A DNA stretch of 35,878 bases from Acidimicrobiaceae bacterium (GTDB taxonomy: Bacteria; Actinomycetota; Acidimicrobiia; Acidimicrobiales; JACDCH01): NCBI GenBank assembly GCA_041166685.1, contig JBEEGD010000065.1, forward strand, positions 1-35,878, in the 5' to 3' direction. A model generated the notes under the pieces. It did no database searches, was not told where the DNA came from, and worked only from the letters and a program-made list of their open reading frames with translations. Positions within the stretch are counted from its first letter, which is position 1, and every line of letters starts with the position of its first letter. Positions 1 through 8,329 of this stretch are shown piece by piece. Made by a program: the position numbers and the translations under genes.

Positions 1-731
1 TGGCGCATGCCGCTCATCATCCGCCACATGATCCCGAAGTCGACCTCGCTGAACATCCGGACGTGGCGCTCGACGTCCTCGAACTGCACGTTCTCACCGG
101 TGCGCAGGATCGCTTTGATGGCCCGCATCGTGAAGGCCTCCGGCATCCGGTGCGCCTGGGCCATGACCGGCCGGAGCACGTGAAACGGGATGCGCCCGAA
201 CAACACATCCGCGATGGGAAAGAGGCGGTCGAGGATTTCCTTCTCCATGAAGGTCGGCACGGGGTTCTCGAATGTGCCCGCCACGGGAACGATGCCGGCG
301 ATGCGCGCAGGGCCGCCGACCCGGTACGCCTCGAAGATGCCCTGAACCCCCATCGAGTGACCCACGAGCACCGCCTGCGCGAACCCAGCATGCTCGATGA
401 TCTCGATGATGTCGGTGGCGATGCGGCTCACCGATACCTCGTCCTTGGGGATGTCGTTTGGCGCCCTGCGAATCGCATCGTCCGGCAAACCCGATTGGCC
501 GTGGCCGCGGTTGTCGAAGAAGACAGTGGGATGACCGGCCTCGATCACACCGGGCGCGATGTTCTTCCAGTACGCATCCGGGCACGTCCAGCCGTTCATG
601 AAAACGACTGGAACCCCCGCGGCCGACTCGCTGCGCACCGTGTAGGCAAGCCGTGCACCGTCTGACGCTTGAACGAATCGATCTTTGGGCCAAACCGCGT
701 TCTGCTCGGATAACGACGTCGCAGGGCTCAC
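1..731 (-). CDS. alpha/beta-fold hydrolase (3' end runs off the window)
   Basis: This is the third minus frame and is not in the ORF track because it has no stop inside the window. It translates as ...DRFVQASDGARLAYTV..VPVVFMNGWTCPDAYW..FFDNRGHGQSG..AVLVGHSMG (GxSxG nucleophile elbow at 348-371) and ends ..RMFSEVDFGIMWRMMSGMR at the edge. The only plausible start is GTG at 731-729, which overlaps the glyQS stop as GTGA. Confidence 0.8.
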   Translation of the reverse strand, partial: MSPATSLSEQNAVWPKDRFVQASDGARLAYTVRSESAAGVPVVFMNGWTCPDAYWKNIAPGVIEAGHPTVFFDNRGHGQSGLPDDAIRRAPNDIPKDEVSVSRIATDIIEIIEHAGFAQAVLVGHSMGVQGIFEAYRVGGPARIAGIVPVAGTFENPVPTFMEKEILDRLFPIADVLFGRIPFHVLRPVMAQAHRMPEAFTMRAIKAILRTGENVQFEDVERHVRMFSEVDFGIMWRMMSGMR

Positions 732-2074
732 GACAGTCGGTCTCGTACGACATCCACGAGCTCATCGATCGCGACTCGCGACTGCTCCATCGAGTCGCGA
801 TCGCGGAGTGTCACCGCGTTGTCCTCGAGCGATTCGAAGTCGACCGTGACCGCGAGCGGCGTTCCGATCTCGTCCTGCCTGCGATAGCGACGGCCGATGG
901 CCTGAGTCTCGTCGTACTCCGTCATGAAGTGCGGCTGCAGGCGTTGCAACACTCCGCGCGCCAGCGGCGAGAGCTTCTCGTTCTTCGAGAGCGGAAGCAC
1001 GGCCACCTTGTACGGCGCCAGCCGCGGGTGCAGTCGCAACACGGTCCGCTTCTCACCCTTGCCCGCACCTTCGCGATCGACTTCTTCCTCGTCGTACGCG
1101 GCCATCAGGAACGCCATCGTCGTGCGCGTTGCTCCGGCGGCCGGCTCGATCACGTGCGGGACGTAGCGCTCGCCCGACGGTTGGTCGAAGTATTCGAGCT
1201 TCTCGCCCGAATGCTTCGCGTGCTGTGTGAGGTCGTAGTCGCCGCGGTTGGCGATGCCTTCCAGCTCGTCCCAACCCCACGGGAAGAGGAACTCGACATC
1301 GCTCGTGCCGGATGAGTAATGGGACAGCTCATCGGGCTCGTGGGGACGCAGCCGTAACTTTGACTGGGGTATGCCGAGCTCCGTGTACCAGCGGAAGCGC
1401 TCCTGGCACCAGTACTCGTACCACTTCGTAGCCTCGTCGGGCGGCACGAAGTACTCCATCTCCATCTGCTCGAACTCGCGGGTGCGGAAGACAAAATTCC
1501 CGGGCGTGATCTCGTTGCGAAACGACTTGCCGACCTGCGCGATGCCGAACGGCGGCTTCTTGCGGCTGGTCGTGAGCACGTTCATGAAGTTCACGAACAT
1601 TCCCTGCGCGGTTTCCGGCCGTAGATAGACCTCCGCGGCCGAATCCTCGACGGGGCCGGCGTGGGTCTTGAACATCAGGTTGAACTGGCGCGCCTCCGTA
1701 AACGAGTCCTTGGCGCCACAATTCGGGCAGATGTCGGGATCGTCGAGCTTGTCGAGCCGGAACCGCTCCTGGCATTTGCGGCAGTCGACCAGCGGATCAG
1801 TGAAGTTCGTCAAGTGACCTGACGCTTCCCAGATCGCCGGCGGGCCCAGGATGGCTGCGTCGAGGCCAACGATGTCGTCGCGCAATTGCACCATCGACCG
1901 CCACCACGCCTCCTTCACATTGCGCAGCGTGAGCACACCGAGCGGCCCATAGTCGTAGGTCGACCGAAAGCCGCCGTAGATCTCCGCAGACGGGAACACG
2001 AACCCACGCCGCTTGCTGAGATTCACGACCTTGTCGAACAGCGACGGGTCGGCGGCGACCGCCTCCTGGGACAT
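728..2074 (-). CDS. glyQS: glycine--tRNA ligase (class II, alpha2-type)
   Basis: The product reads MSQEAVAADPSLFDKVVNLSKRRGFVFPSAEIYGGFRSTYDYGPLG... and is typical dimeric GlyRS throughout. I chose ATG at 2074-2072. The 116-aa N-terminal extension of the track ORF is low-complexity and antisense to the neighbouring lipoprotein gene. Confidence 0.95.
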   Translation of the reverse strand: MSQEAVAADPSLFDKVVNLSKRRGFVFPSAEIYGGFRSTYDYGPLGVLTLRNVKEAWWRSMVQLRDDIVGLDAAILGPPAIWEASGHLTNFTDPLVDCRKCQERFRLDKLDDPDICPNCGAKDSFTEARQFNLMFKTHAGPVEDSAAEVYLRPETAQGMFVNFMNVLTTSRKKPPFGIAQVGKSFRNEITPGNFVFRTREFEQMEMEYFVPPDEATKWYEYWCQERFRWYTELGIPQSKLRLRPHEPDELSHYSSGTSDVEFLFPWGWDELEGIANRGDYDLTQHAKHSGEKLEYFDQPSGERYVPHVIEPAAGATRTTMAFLMAAYDEEEVDREGAGKGEKRTVLRLHPRLAPYKVAVLPLSKNEKLSPLARGVLQRLQPHFMTEYDETQAIGRRYRRQDEIGTPLAVTVDFESLEDNAVTLRDRDSMEQSRVAIDELVDVVRDRLS

Positions 2075-2135
2075 CCGTCGAACACTACCGGCGGCACCCT
2101 CCGGTCCCCGACGGACATTTCGGTCGCTCGAGTTG

Positions 2136-2972
2136 ATGCAGACTGCACCGATGGCCGCCCCCCGACGACCTGTGGTTCTCGTCTGCGCCGCGCTTCTCCT
2201 ATTGCCGCTGGCAGCGTGCAGCAAGGATTCCAAGCGCCCATCCGCCGCGTCGAACTCGAGTTCAGCTGCTTCGTCTCTGTCGTCGTCGAGTTCCTCGTCG
2301 ACGGATTCGGCTCCGCCTCCCACGACCGGGCTGTGCAGCGCGCCAGAGATTCCGCCGTCGGCAGTCAACGTCACCCATGCCGACGGAGATTTCAACGGCG
2401 ACAACACCACCGACTCGCTCACCGTCTACGGGACGGGCACGAACACTCAGCCGTCGCCGTACCACGTCCGAATCGAGCTGGCCGAAAGCCACGGCACCGT
2501 CGACACCGTCATCGCGGACGCCGCCACGGACAACAACCAGACCGTCAAGGCATTGGGCGGAGCGGATGTGAGCTCGAGCGCCGGGCTTCCGCCGGACGGA
2601 TCGGGGGCGGAGCCCTTCGTCGAAATTGGATCGGGTGCGTCCGACAGCCTGATCGGTGTGTTTCAACTCATTGGCTGCTCACTCACACGTCTCACCGGTC
2701 CACAGGGCACGGCGCCGTCGCAGTTTCCTATCGGTGGCAGCGTCACTCACCTCGACGGGCTGCGCTGCGACGGCTCCGCTGGCGGCCAGCGCCTGGTGCA
2801 GCTGTCCGCGACTAGCAGCGACGGCGTGAGCTACGACACGAAGGAAACGCGGCTGGAGGTGCAAGACGGCAAGTTCACCGCGACGGCCAACGTCACCGAC
2901 AAACTCGATGCTCGCGACGCTCGACTGCAGGAGTTCAGCACCCTCAACTGCCCAGGGGTGCAAACACCCTGA
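2136..2972 (+). CDS. secreted lipoprotein with Ser-rich linker and FG-GAP/VCBS-like DxDxNGD motif
   Basis: The signal peptide ends in a lipobox (MQTAPMAAPRRPVVLVCAALLLLPLAAC, L-A-A-C). A poly-Ser linker (SAASNSSSAASSLSSSSSSSTDS) follows, then HADGDFNGDNTTD. GC3 is strong in this frame. An alternative start is ATG 2151. Confidence 0.75.
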   Translation: MQTAPMAAPRRPVVLVCAALLLLPLAACSKDSKRPSAASNSSSAASSLSSSSSSSTDSAPPPTTGLCSAPEIPPSAVNVTHADGDFNGDNTTDSLTVYGTGTNTQPSPYHVRIELAESHGTVDTVIADAATDNNQTVKALGGADVSSSAGLPPDGSGAEPFVEIGSGASDSLIGVFQLIGCSLTRLTGPQGTAPSQFPIGGSVTHLDGLRCDGSAGGQRLVQLSATSSDGVSYDTKETRLEVQDGKFTATANVTDKLDARDARLQEFSTLNCPGVQTP

Positions 2973-2979
2973 CCGCGCG

Positions 2980-3696
2980 TCAACCCCGATCCAACACGCC
3001 GACCGAGCGCAGCCGGCGCTCGAGGTGGTGCTCGATCGCCCTGGTCGCCAGATGCTCCACATCGAGGGTCGCGGAGGAGATCGGCTGCGCGAGTGCGGCC
3101 GCCACTCGTCCACCGAGGATCGCCTGTAAGAGACCGATTGCCTCCGGCGTGAGCGCGCTCCCGCGCCGGTGATCAACGCAGAGCACGCCACCCGCTTCGA
3201 GGTCAAAGCCGCACAACTCGTCGTCGCGGTCGCAGATGACACAGGTGTCGACCACCGGCCGGAAGCCTTCGAGGGCGAGCAGCTTCCAGAAGAACGCCGG
3301 AACAACGAGTGGATGGTCGTGCATCGCGAGCGTGCGCAACGCCCCAACGAGCATCGTGTAGAGCTTGGCGTTGGGCTCTCGTTCCTCCGTGATGTGATCG
3401 ACTGCCTCGAGGATCGATGCCGAGCGGGTGATGCGCTCGAGGTCATCGCGTAGACCACGAAAGTTCTCGAGCGACTCGGCTTGGGTGATGGTGTCGAGCT
3501 CTCGACCTTCGTAGAGCTGGAGCGCGACATGGCTCATGGGTTCAAGCCGCGCACCAAACCGTGACAAGGTCTTGCGCACTCCTTTCGCTACGGCGCGCAC
3601 CTTTCCGCGGTCGCGCGTGAACAGCACCACGATTCGGTCGGCTTCTCCCAACTTGTAGGTTCGAACGACGACCGCCTCGTCGCGATAGAGAGCCAT
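2980..3696 (-). CDS. recO: DNA repair protein RecO
   Basis: MALYRDEAVVVRTYKLGEADRIVVLFTRDRGKVRAVAKGVRK... is a typical RecO OB-fold N-terminus. A Cys-containing C-terminal region (CVICD..C..) follows. It sits next to uppS and near era, as in other actinobacteria. Confidence 0.95.
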   Translation of the reverse strand: MALYRDEAVVVRTYKLGEADRIVVLFTRDRGKVRAVAKGVRKTLSRFGARLEPMSHVALQLYEGRELDTITQAESLENFRGLRDDLERITRSASILEAVDHITEEREPNAKLYTMLVGALRTLAMHDHPLVVPAFFWKLLALEGFRPVVDTCVICDRDDELCGFDLEAGGVLCVDHRRGSALTPEAIGLLQAILGGRVAAALAQPISSATLDVEHLATRAIEHHLERRLRSVGVLDRG

Positions 3697-3701
3697 CTCG
3701 A

Positions 3702-4463
3702 CTACTGAGTCTCGACGGCGCCGAAGCGACGATCACGGCGCTGGTACTCGCGCACGGCATCGAAGAGATGCTCTCGCCGGAAGTCAGGCCACAGCACATC
3801 GGTGAACACCAGCTCGCTGTAGGCCAGCTCCCACAACAGGAAGTTGGAGATGCGGTATTCGCCCGACGTGCGGATCATCATGTCGGGGTCCGGCATACCC
3901 GGCTCGTAGAGATGCTCGTGAATCGTCTTCTCGGTGATCTTGTCGGCTGACACGCCCGCCCGAACGATCGACTTCACCGCATCCACGATCTCGGCACGCC
4001 CGCCATAGTTGAAGGCCACCGTGAACGTCATGCCTCGATTGTGGCGCGTGAGCTCCTCGGACTCCTCGATGCGCCGCAGTACGCGTCTCGGAACGCGCCA
4101 GTCGCGTCGGCCAGTGAAACGGATCCGAACACCCCACTCGTTCAGCCGATCGCGGTGACGTACGAGGATGCCGTCGTTGAACCTCATGAGGAACTTGACC
4201 TCATCGAGCGGACGGCGCCAGTTCTCTGTCGAGAAGGCGTACACGGTGAACCAGTCGAGGCCGAGTTCGAGCGCGCCCTCGACCGTGTCGAACAACGCTT
4301 CTTCTCCTGCGGCATGCCCCTCGGTGCGCTTCAGTCCCCGTTGTGTCGCCCAGCGGCCGTTGCCATCCATCACCGCGGCGACGTGCTTCGGCACTCGGTC
4401 GGGGTCGATTCCCGGCACTTCGCGCGCCGTACGGAAGCCGGGAGGGGGGTCCACGGTTTGCAA
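3702..4463 (-). CDS. uppS: isoprenyl (undecaprenyl/decaprenyl) diphosphate synthase
   Basis: It carries the cis-prenyltransferase signatures HVAAVMDGNGRWA, ..YAFSTENWRRP.. and RTSGEYRISNFLLWELAYSELVF. The longest ORF starts at TTG 4463. GTG 4454 is an alternative. Confidence 0.95.
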   Translation of the reverse strand: MQTVDPPPGFRTAREVPGIDPDRVPKHVAAVMDGNGRWATQRGLKRTEGHAAGEEALFDTVEGALELGLDWFTVYAFSTENWRRPLDEVKFLMRFNDGILVRHRDRLNEWGVRIRFTGRRDWRVPRRVLRRIEESEELTRHNRGMTFTVAFNYGGRAEIVDAVKSIVRAGVSADKITEKTIHEHLYEPGMPDPDMMIRTSGEYRISNFLLWELAYSELVFTDVLWPDFRREHLFDAVREYQRRDRRFGAVETQ

Positions 4464-4491
4464 GCTACCCCTGCTCGGGTACCGCTCCGCT

Positions 4492-5394
4492 GTGCGTGAA
4501 CGGCTGAACCGGTTGAGGAACCGGTGGCCGTGGTTCGACCTCGTGATGGCCGTACAGGACCGCTACAACGAGCTCGAAGGCAGCGTGATCGCCTCCGCGG
4601 TCACCCTCTCGATCTTCATCTCCTTGTTCCCCGCAATGCTCGTCGGCACGGCGATCATCGGTTTCGTGGCTTCGGGTCAGGTCGATCTCTCGGGGCAGAT
4701 CATCGAAAAGCTGGGGCTCACCGGAACCGCTGCTGACACCTTGCGCGACGCGATCGGGTCGGCGAGGAGCAGCCGCAAGACCGCATCGATCATCGGTCTC
4801 GTCGGATTGGCCTGGTCGTCGCTTGGGGTCGTGCAGGCGATCCAGCTCGCGGTCGATCGCGCGTGGCAGGTACAGGCGAAGGGCATCGTCGACAAGATCA
4901 AGGGCTTCGGCTGGCTGCTCGCGACCGGAGCCATCGTCGTCGCGACGACCGTTGGTACCGCCTTGGTCGTGTCGGCGTTGCCTGCTTGGGCGGCTCCGCT
5001 CATCATGATCGTGACGGTCGCCACGAACGTCGCAATGTTCTGGTTCACCTTTGCCTTCATCGGCACTCAGAAGGTCGGGTGGCGGCCGCTCCTTCCGGGC
5101 GCGGTCTTCGCGGGTGTCGGGTTCCAGGTACTGACTCTGGCCGGAGCGATTGTCGTGCCTCGATCCGTTGCGTCGTCGTCAGCGCTGTACGGGTCGCTCG
5201 GAATCGTCTTCGCCATCCTTGCCTGGCTGTACTTCTTCGGCCGCCTTCTCGTTTACGCCTCGACGCTCAACGTCGTCCTGTACGAGCGTGAGAAGGGGAC
5301 GGTCACGCTCGAGGTCGAGGCCCCGCGCATCCCAGGCGAGGTCCCAACCGAAGCCACCCGGAGCGGCGTGGTCGTGGAGACAGCTGCGAAGTAG
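4492..5394 (+). CDS. YihY/BrkB (ribonuclease BN-like) family membrane protein
   Basis: The N-terminus ..WFDLVMAVQDRYNELEGSVIASAVTLSIFISLFPAMLV.. is followed by multiple TM helices. I chose GTG 4492 because the upstream part of the track ORF overlaps uppS in antisense. Confidence 0.8.
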   Translation: MRERLNRLRNRWPWFDLVMAVQDRYNELEGSVIASAVTLSIFISLFPAMLVGTAIIGFVASGQVDLSGQIIEKLGLTGTAADTLRDAIGSARSSRKTASIIGLVGLAWSSLGVVQAIQLAVDRAWQVQAKGIVDKIKGFGWLLATGAIVVATTVGTALVVSALPAWAAPLIMIVTVATNVAMFWFTFAFIGTQKVGWRPLLPGAVFAGVGFQVLTLAGAIVVPRSVASSSALYGSLGIVFAILAWLYFFGRLLVYASTLNVVLYEREKGTVTLEVEAPRIPGEVPTEATRSGVVVETAAK

Positions 5395-5483
5395 TCCCTG
5401 TCGCTGTCACACCGAGCGGTCAGGATTGCACCGCGACCACGGTGGTCATTCCGTAACGGCGCCTTGCGCGTGTCGACGCAGCG

Positions 5484-5530
5484 ACGTGTCGGTCCAGATC
5501 CGGCGAAAAGCCGGATGTGAGCCGACACGT
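5484..5530. other. nested stem-loop in the yihY-dinG intergenic region
   Basis: The outer arms ACGTGTCGG (5484-5492) and CCGACACGT (5522-5530) are perfectly complementary. The inner arms ATCCGGC (5498-5504) and GCCGGAT (5510-5516) close a GAAAA loop. No U-tract follows. Confidence 0.3.
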
Positions 5531-5600
5531 TCGAGAGTTGCGGCTTGCGCGGAAATGCCGGGTACAGGGCGGGTCCGCTCTAAGTGTCGCACCCTGTGCC

Positions 5601-5606
5601 TAGGTT
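5601..5606 (+). promoter_or_regulatory. candidate -10 hexamer (TAGGTT, TANNNT type) 6 nt upstream of the dinG-like GTG; possible leaderless transcript
   Basis: TAGGTT lies at 5601-5606 and the GTG start at 5613. I found no convincing -35 element and no Shine-Dalgarno sequence. Confidence 0.2.
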
Positions 5607-5612
5607 GACTGC

Positions 5613-7490
5613 GTGGACGTTGGTTCTGCACTCGATGAAGTCGTGGGCGCCCTCCCGGGTGGGGGGGAAGCACGCCTCGGCCAGCGACAGATGGCGCAGG
5701 CCGTTGCCGACGCCATCACCTACAAACGCCACCTCGTGGTGCAAGCCGGTACAGGCACCGGGAAGACCCTTGCCTACTTGGTCCCCGCGATCCTCCTAGG
5801 TGCCAAAGTCGTAGTGGCCACCGCCACGAAGGCGCTCCAAGACCAGCTCGTCGGCAAGGACTTGCCGTTCCTCGCGCAGCACCTCGAGCGACCGTTCACG
5901 TACGCGTCGTTGAAGGGCCGAGCCAACTATCTGTGCCTACAACGAGCGAAGGAAGTCCTCGGCGGCGACGAGCAGCTGGCCATCAGCGGCATCGACCCTC
6001 TCGCCGACCGAGCGCCGCGCTCTGAGCTGCTGCGACTGATCGAGTGGGCGACGGAGACCGAGACCGGCGAGCGGGCCGACCTCGCCTTCGAACCGTCGTC
6101 GAACGCGTGGGCCGCGCTCTCGGTCAGCGCGCGCGAGTGTCCCGGCGCCGCGCGTTGCGCCATCGGCGAAGCGTGCTTCGCGGAGCGAGCGCGTGCCGCG
6201 GCATCGGCCGCGGATGTCATCGTCGTCAACGCCCATCTGTATGGCATGCACATTGCCCACGGCGGCGCGGTGCTGCCGGAACACGACATCGTCGTGTTCG
6301 ACGAGGCCCACCAGTTGGAAGAGGTCATCTCCGCCACGGCGGGAATCGAGCTCGGAGGCGGAAGCTTCATCGGGCTCGCTCGCCTCGTGAAGGCGATCAT
6401 CGCCGACGAGCGACTGGTCGCCGACCTGGAGGCCACCGCCGGCCAGCTCAACGATGCCCTGGCCGCCCACCACGGGCAGCGCATCCGCGGGCTGGATGAG
6501 GTCTTGGCCGCAGCCGTCGAAGTGGGACGGGGCCGAGTGGATCGCACGCTCGCCGCGCTCCGAACCATCAGCAGCGACGCCGGCGACACCGCGAACAGGA
6601 AGCTCCGCGCGGTGAACGCCGCTGCCGGTCTCGCGGGCGATCTCGCGACCGTGGCGGCGGTCCCCGACGGCGACGTGTCGTGGGTCGAAGGACCGCGGCA
6701 CGCGCCGCGCCTCCGCGTCGCGCCCGTCGATGTCGCCCCGTCGCTCCAACCGTTGTGGGGAGACGTCACTGCCATCCTCACGAGCGCCACCATCCCGCGT
6801 ACGCTGCCGATCCGCCTCGGCCTGCCTCCCGAAGGCCACGAGCAGCTCGATGTGGGGAGTCCCTTCGACTACGGGGCCAACGCAATCCTCTACTGCGCCG
6901 CGCACCTTCCCGACCCGCGTGCCGCCGGTTACGAGGCGGCGATGCACGCCGAGCTCGAGGCGCTCATCCTCGCCGCCGGCGGACGCACGCTCGCCTTGTT
7001 CACGTCGTGGCGAGCGATGGAGGCCGCTGTCGCCGCGCTGCGCGATCGCCTTCCGTTCCCCGTGCTCGATCAGAACTCGCTGCCAAAACCCGCACTCGTG
7101 AAGGCATTCAGCGACGACCCCGCCGCCTGCCTGTTCGCCACGATGGGCTTCTGGCAAGGCGTCGACGTACGAGGCCCCACGCTCTCACTGGTCACGATCG
7201 ATCGTCTGCCGTTCCCTCGGCCCGACGAACCGCTGATGCAAGCGAAGCGCGAGCAGGCCCGGGAGGGAGCCTTCGCGCTCGTCGATCTCCCACGCGCCGC
7301 CACGCTGCTGGCGCAAGGTGCTGGTCGGTTGATCCGGTCGGCGACCGACCGGGGGGTCGTGGGGGTGCTCGATCCTCGACTGGCGACTGCGCGGTATCGC
7401 TGGGAGATCGTGAACGCACTTCCGCCGATGCGGCGAACCCGCGACCGAGCCGAAGTAGAGGCGTTCTTGGAGACGATTCGCGATGCTTAG
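5613..7490 (+). CDS. dinG: ATP-dependent DNA helicase, DinG/XPD (Rad3) family
   Basis: It has Walker A QAGTGTGKTLAYLVPA and a DEAH box (VVFDEAHQLEE). Four Cys (YLC...ECPGAARCAIGEAC) are placed as in the Fe-S cluster insertion of XPD/DinG helicases. No N-terminal exonuclease domain is present. Confidence 0.9.
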   Translation: MDVGSALDEVVGALPGGGEARLGQRQMAQAVADAITYKRHLVVQAGTGTGKTLAYLVPAILLGAKVVVATATKALQDQLVGKDLPFLAQHLERPFTYASLKGRANYLCLQRAKEVLGGDEQLAISGIDPLADRAPRSELLRLIEWATETETGERADLAFEPSSNAWAALSVSARECPGAARCAIGEACFAERARAAASAADVIVVNAHLYGMHIAHGGAVLPEHDIVVFDEAHQLEEVISATAGIELGGGSFIGLARLVKAIIADERLVADLEATAGQLNDALAAHHGQRIRGLDEVLAAAVEVGRGRVDRTLAALRTISSDAGDTANRKLRAVNAAAGLAGDLATVAAVPDGDVSWVEGPRHAPRLRVAPVDVAPSLQPLWGDVTAILTSATIPRTLPIRLGLPPEGHEQLDVGSPFDYGANAILYCAAHLPDPRAAGYEAAMHAELEALILAAGGRTLALFTSWRAMEAAVAALRDRLPFPVLDQNSLPKPALVKAFSDDPAACLFATMGFWQGVDVRGPTLSLVTIDRLPFPRPDEPLMQAKREQAREGAFALVDLPRAATLLAQGAGRLIRSATDRGVVGVLDPRLATARYRWEIVNALPPMRRTRDRAEVEAFLETIRDA

Positions 7491-8329
7491 TAGCCGAGGC
7501 GCTCGAGGGCAGCCGCTCGCCGCTGCCAGTCCTTGTCGACTTTGACGAACAGCTCGAGGTAGGTCTCTGGCGGCAACTGCTCGCGCACCGCGATGCCCAC
7601 CTGCTTGAGCACCGAACCGCCCTTGCCGATCACGATCCCCTTCTGCGAATCACGCTCGACGAGAATCTCGACTCGGATACGGGGCAGCTCCCACTCCGTC
7701 ACCCTCGTCGCAATCGAGTGCGGCAACTCATCCCGCGCGACCGCCAACAACTGCTCACGCACGAGCTCGGCAACCCACGTCGCCTCGGGTGTGTCGGCGA
7801 CCATGTCGTTCGGGTAGTACGGCGGGCCTTCCGGAAGGCGGCCGATGATCGCGTCGACCAACGCCGGAACACCGGCACCCGTGACACCTGACACCGGGAA
7901 GTACTCGCTGAGGTCGAGGTCGGCTGCGGCCGCCAGCTGGGTCAACACCTGGTCCGGAGACGCCGCGTCGACCTTCGTGACGACCACAATCGCATCACGC
8001 GGCACGCGCGCCGCGATGAAGCGATCGCCTTTACCAAGGGGTGCGGTGGCGTCGAGTACGAGGCACACCGCGTCGACGTCGCCTATGGCGCCGGTGGCCG
8101 TGTCGTTCAAGCGCTCGCCGAGCAATGTGCGCGGCTTGTGAATACCAGGTGTGTCGACGAACACGATCTGCGAGTCGGGTCGGTGCAACACGCCGCGCAC
8201 CTCGGTACGCGTCGTCTGCGGTTTGTCCGACACGATGGTGACCTTGGTGCCCAGGATGAAGTTCAGCAGAGTGGATTTCCCCGCGTTCGGTCGACCGACC
8301 AACGTGCAGAACCCGGAGACAAAACTCAT
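7487..8329 (-). CDS. era: GTPase Era
   Basis: G1 is GRPNAGKSTLLN, G3 is DTPG and G4 is TKVD, with a C-terminal KH domain (..VERDSQKGIVIGKGGSVLK..). The ATG overlaps the upstream stop as ATGA. The stop overlaps the dinG stop convergently by 4 nt. Confidence 0.95.
   Translation of the reverse strand: MSFVSGFCTLVGRPNAGKSTLLNFILGTKVTIVSDKPQTTRTEVRGVLHRPDSQIVFVDTPGIHKPRTLLGERLNDTATGAIGDVDAVCLVLDATAPLGKGDRFIAARVPRDAIVVVTKVDAASPDQVLTQLAAAADLDLSEYFPVSGVTGAGVPALVDAIIGRLPEGPPYYPNDMVADTPEATWVAELVREQLLAVARDELPHSIATRVTEWELPRIRVEILVERDSQKGIVIGKGGSVLKQVGIAVREQLPPETYLELFVKVDKDWQRRAAALERLGY

Noticed and set aside
2075-2422. N-terminal extensions of track ORFs: glyQS to 2422, and likewise 12644, 13920, 15310, 19963, 27899, 25558, 30225, 32671, 11290, 10232 and 9759
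   Set aside because: The extensions overlap neighbouring genes and are low-complexity. Internal ATG/GTG starts sit exactly at ATGA/GTGA junctions or behind good ribosome-binding sites, so I used the shorter coordinates.
5529-5534. LexA/SOS box upstream of the DinG-like helicase (GTTCGA half-site)
   Set aside because: The actinobacterial box is TCGAAC-N4-GTTCGA. The required upstream TCGAAC arm is absent, so this is only a chance half-site lying on the flank of the stem-loop.
5937-7157. 406-aa minus-strand ORF, plus 5927-6793 (minus) and 6680-7891 (plus), overlapping the DinG-like gene and era
   Set aside because: They are antisense or out of frame to genes with clear helicase and GTPase motifs. 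Their sequence is low-complexity and Arg/Ala/Pro-rich, so they are GC-driven artefacts.
5613-7490. DinG-like helicase as the helicase of the actinobacterial helicase/secretion-neighbourhood system
   Set aside because: That neighbourhood is defined by a DECH-box (Lhr-like) helicase. This protein is an XPD/DinG-type DEAH helicase with an Fe-S Cys cluster. Five housekeeping genes separate it from the tad locus.
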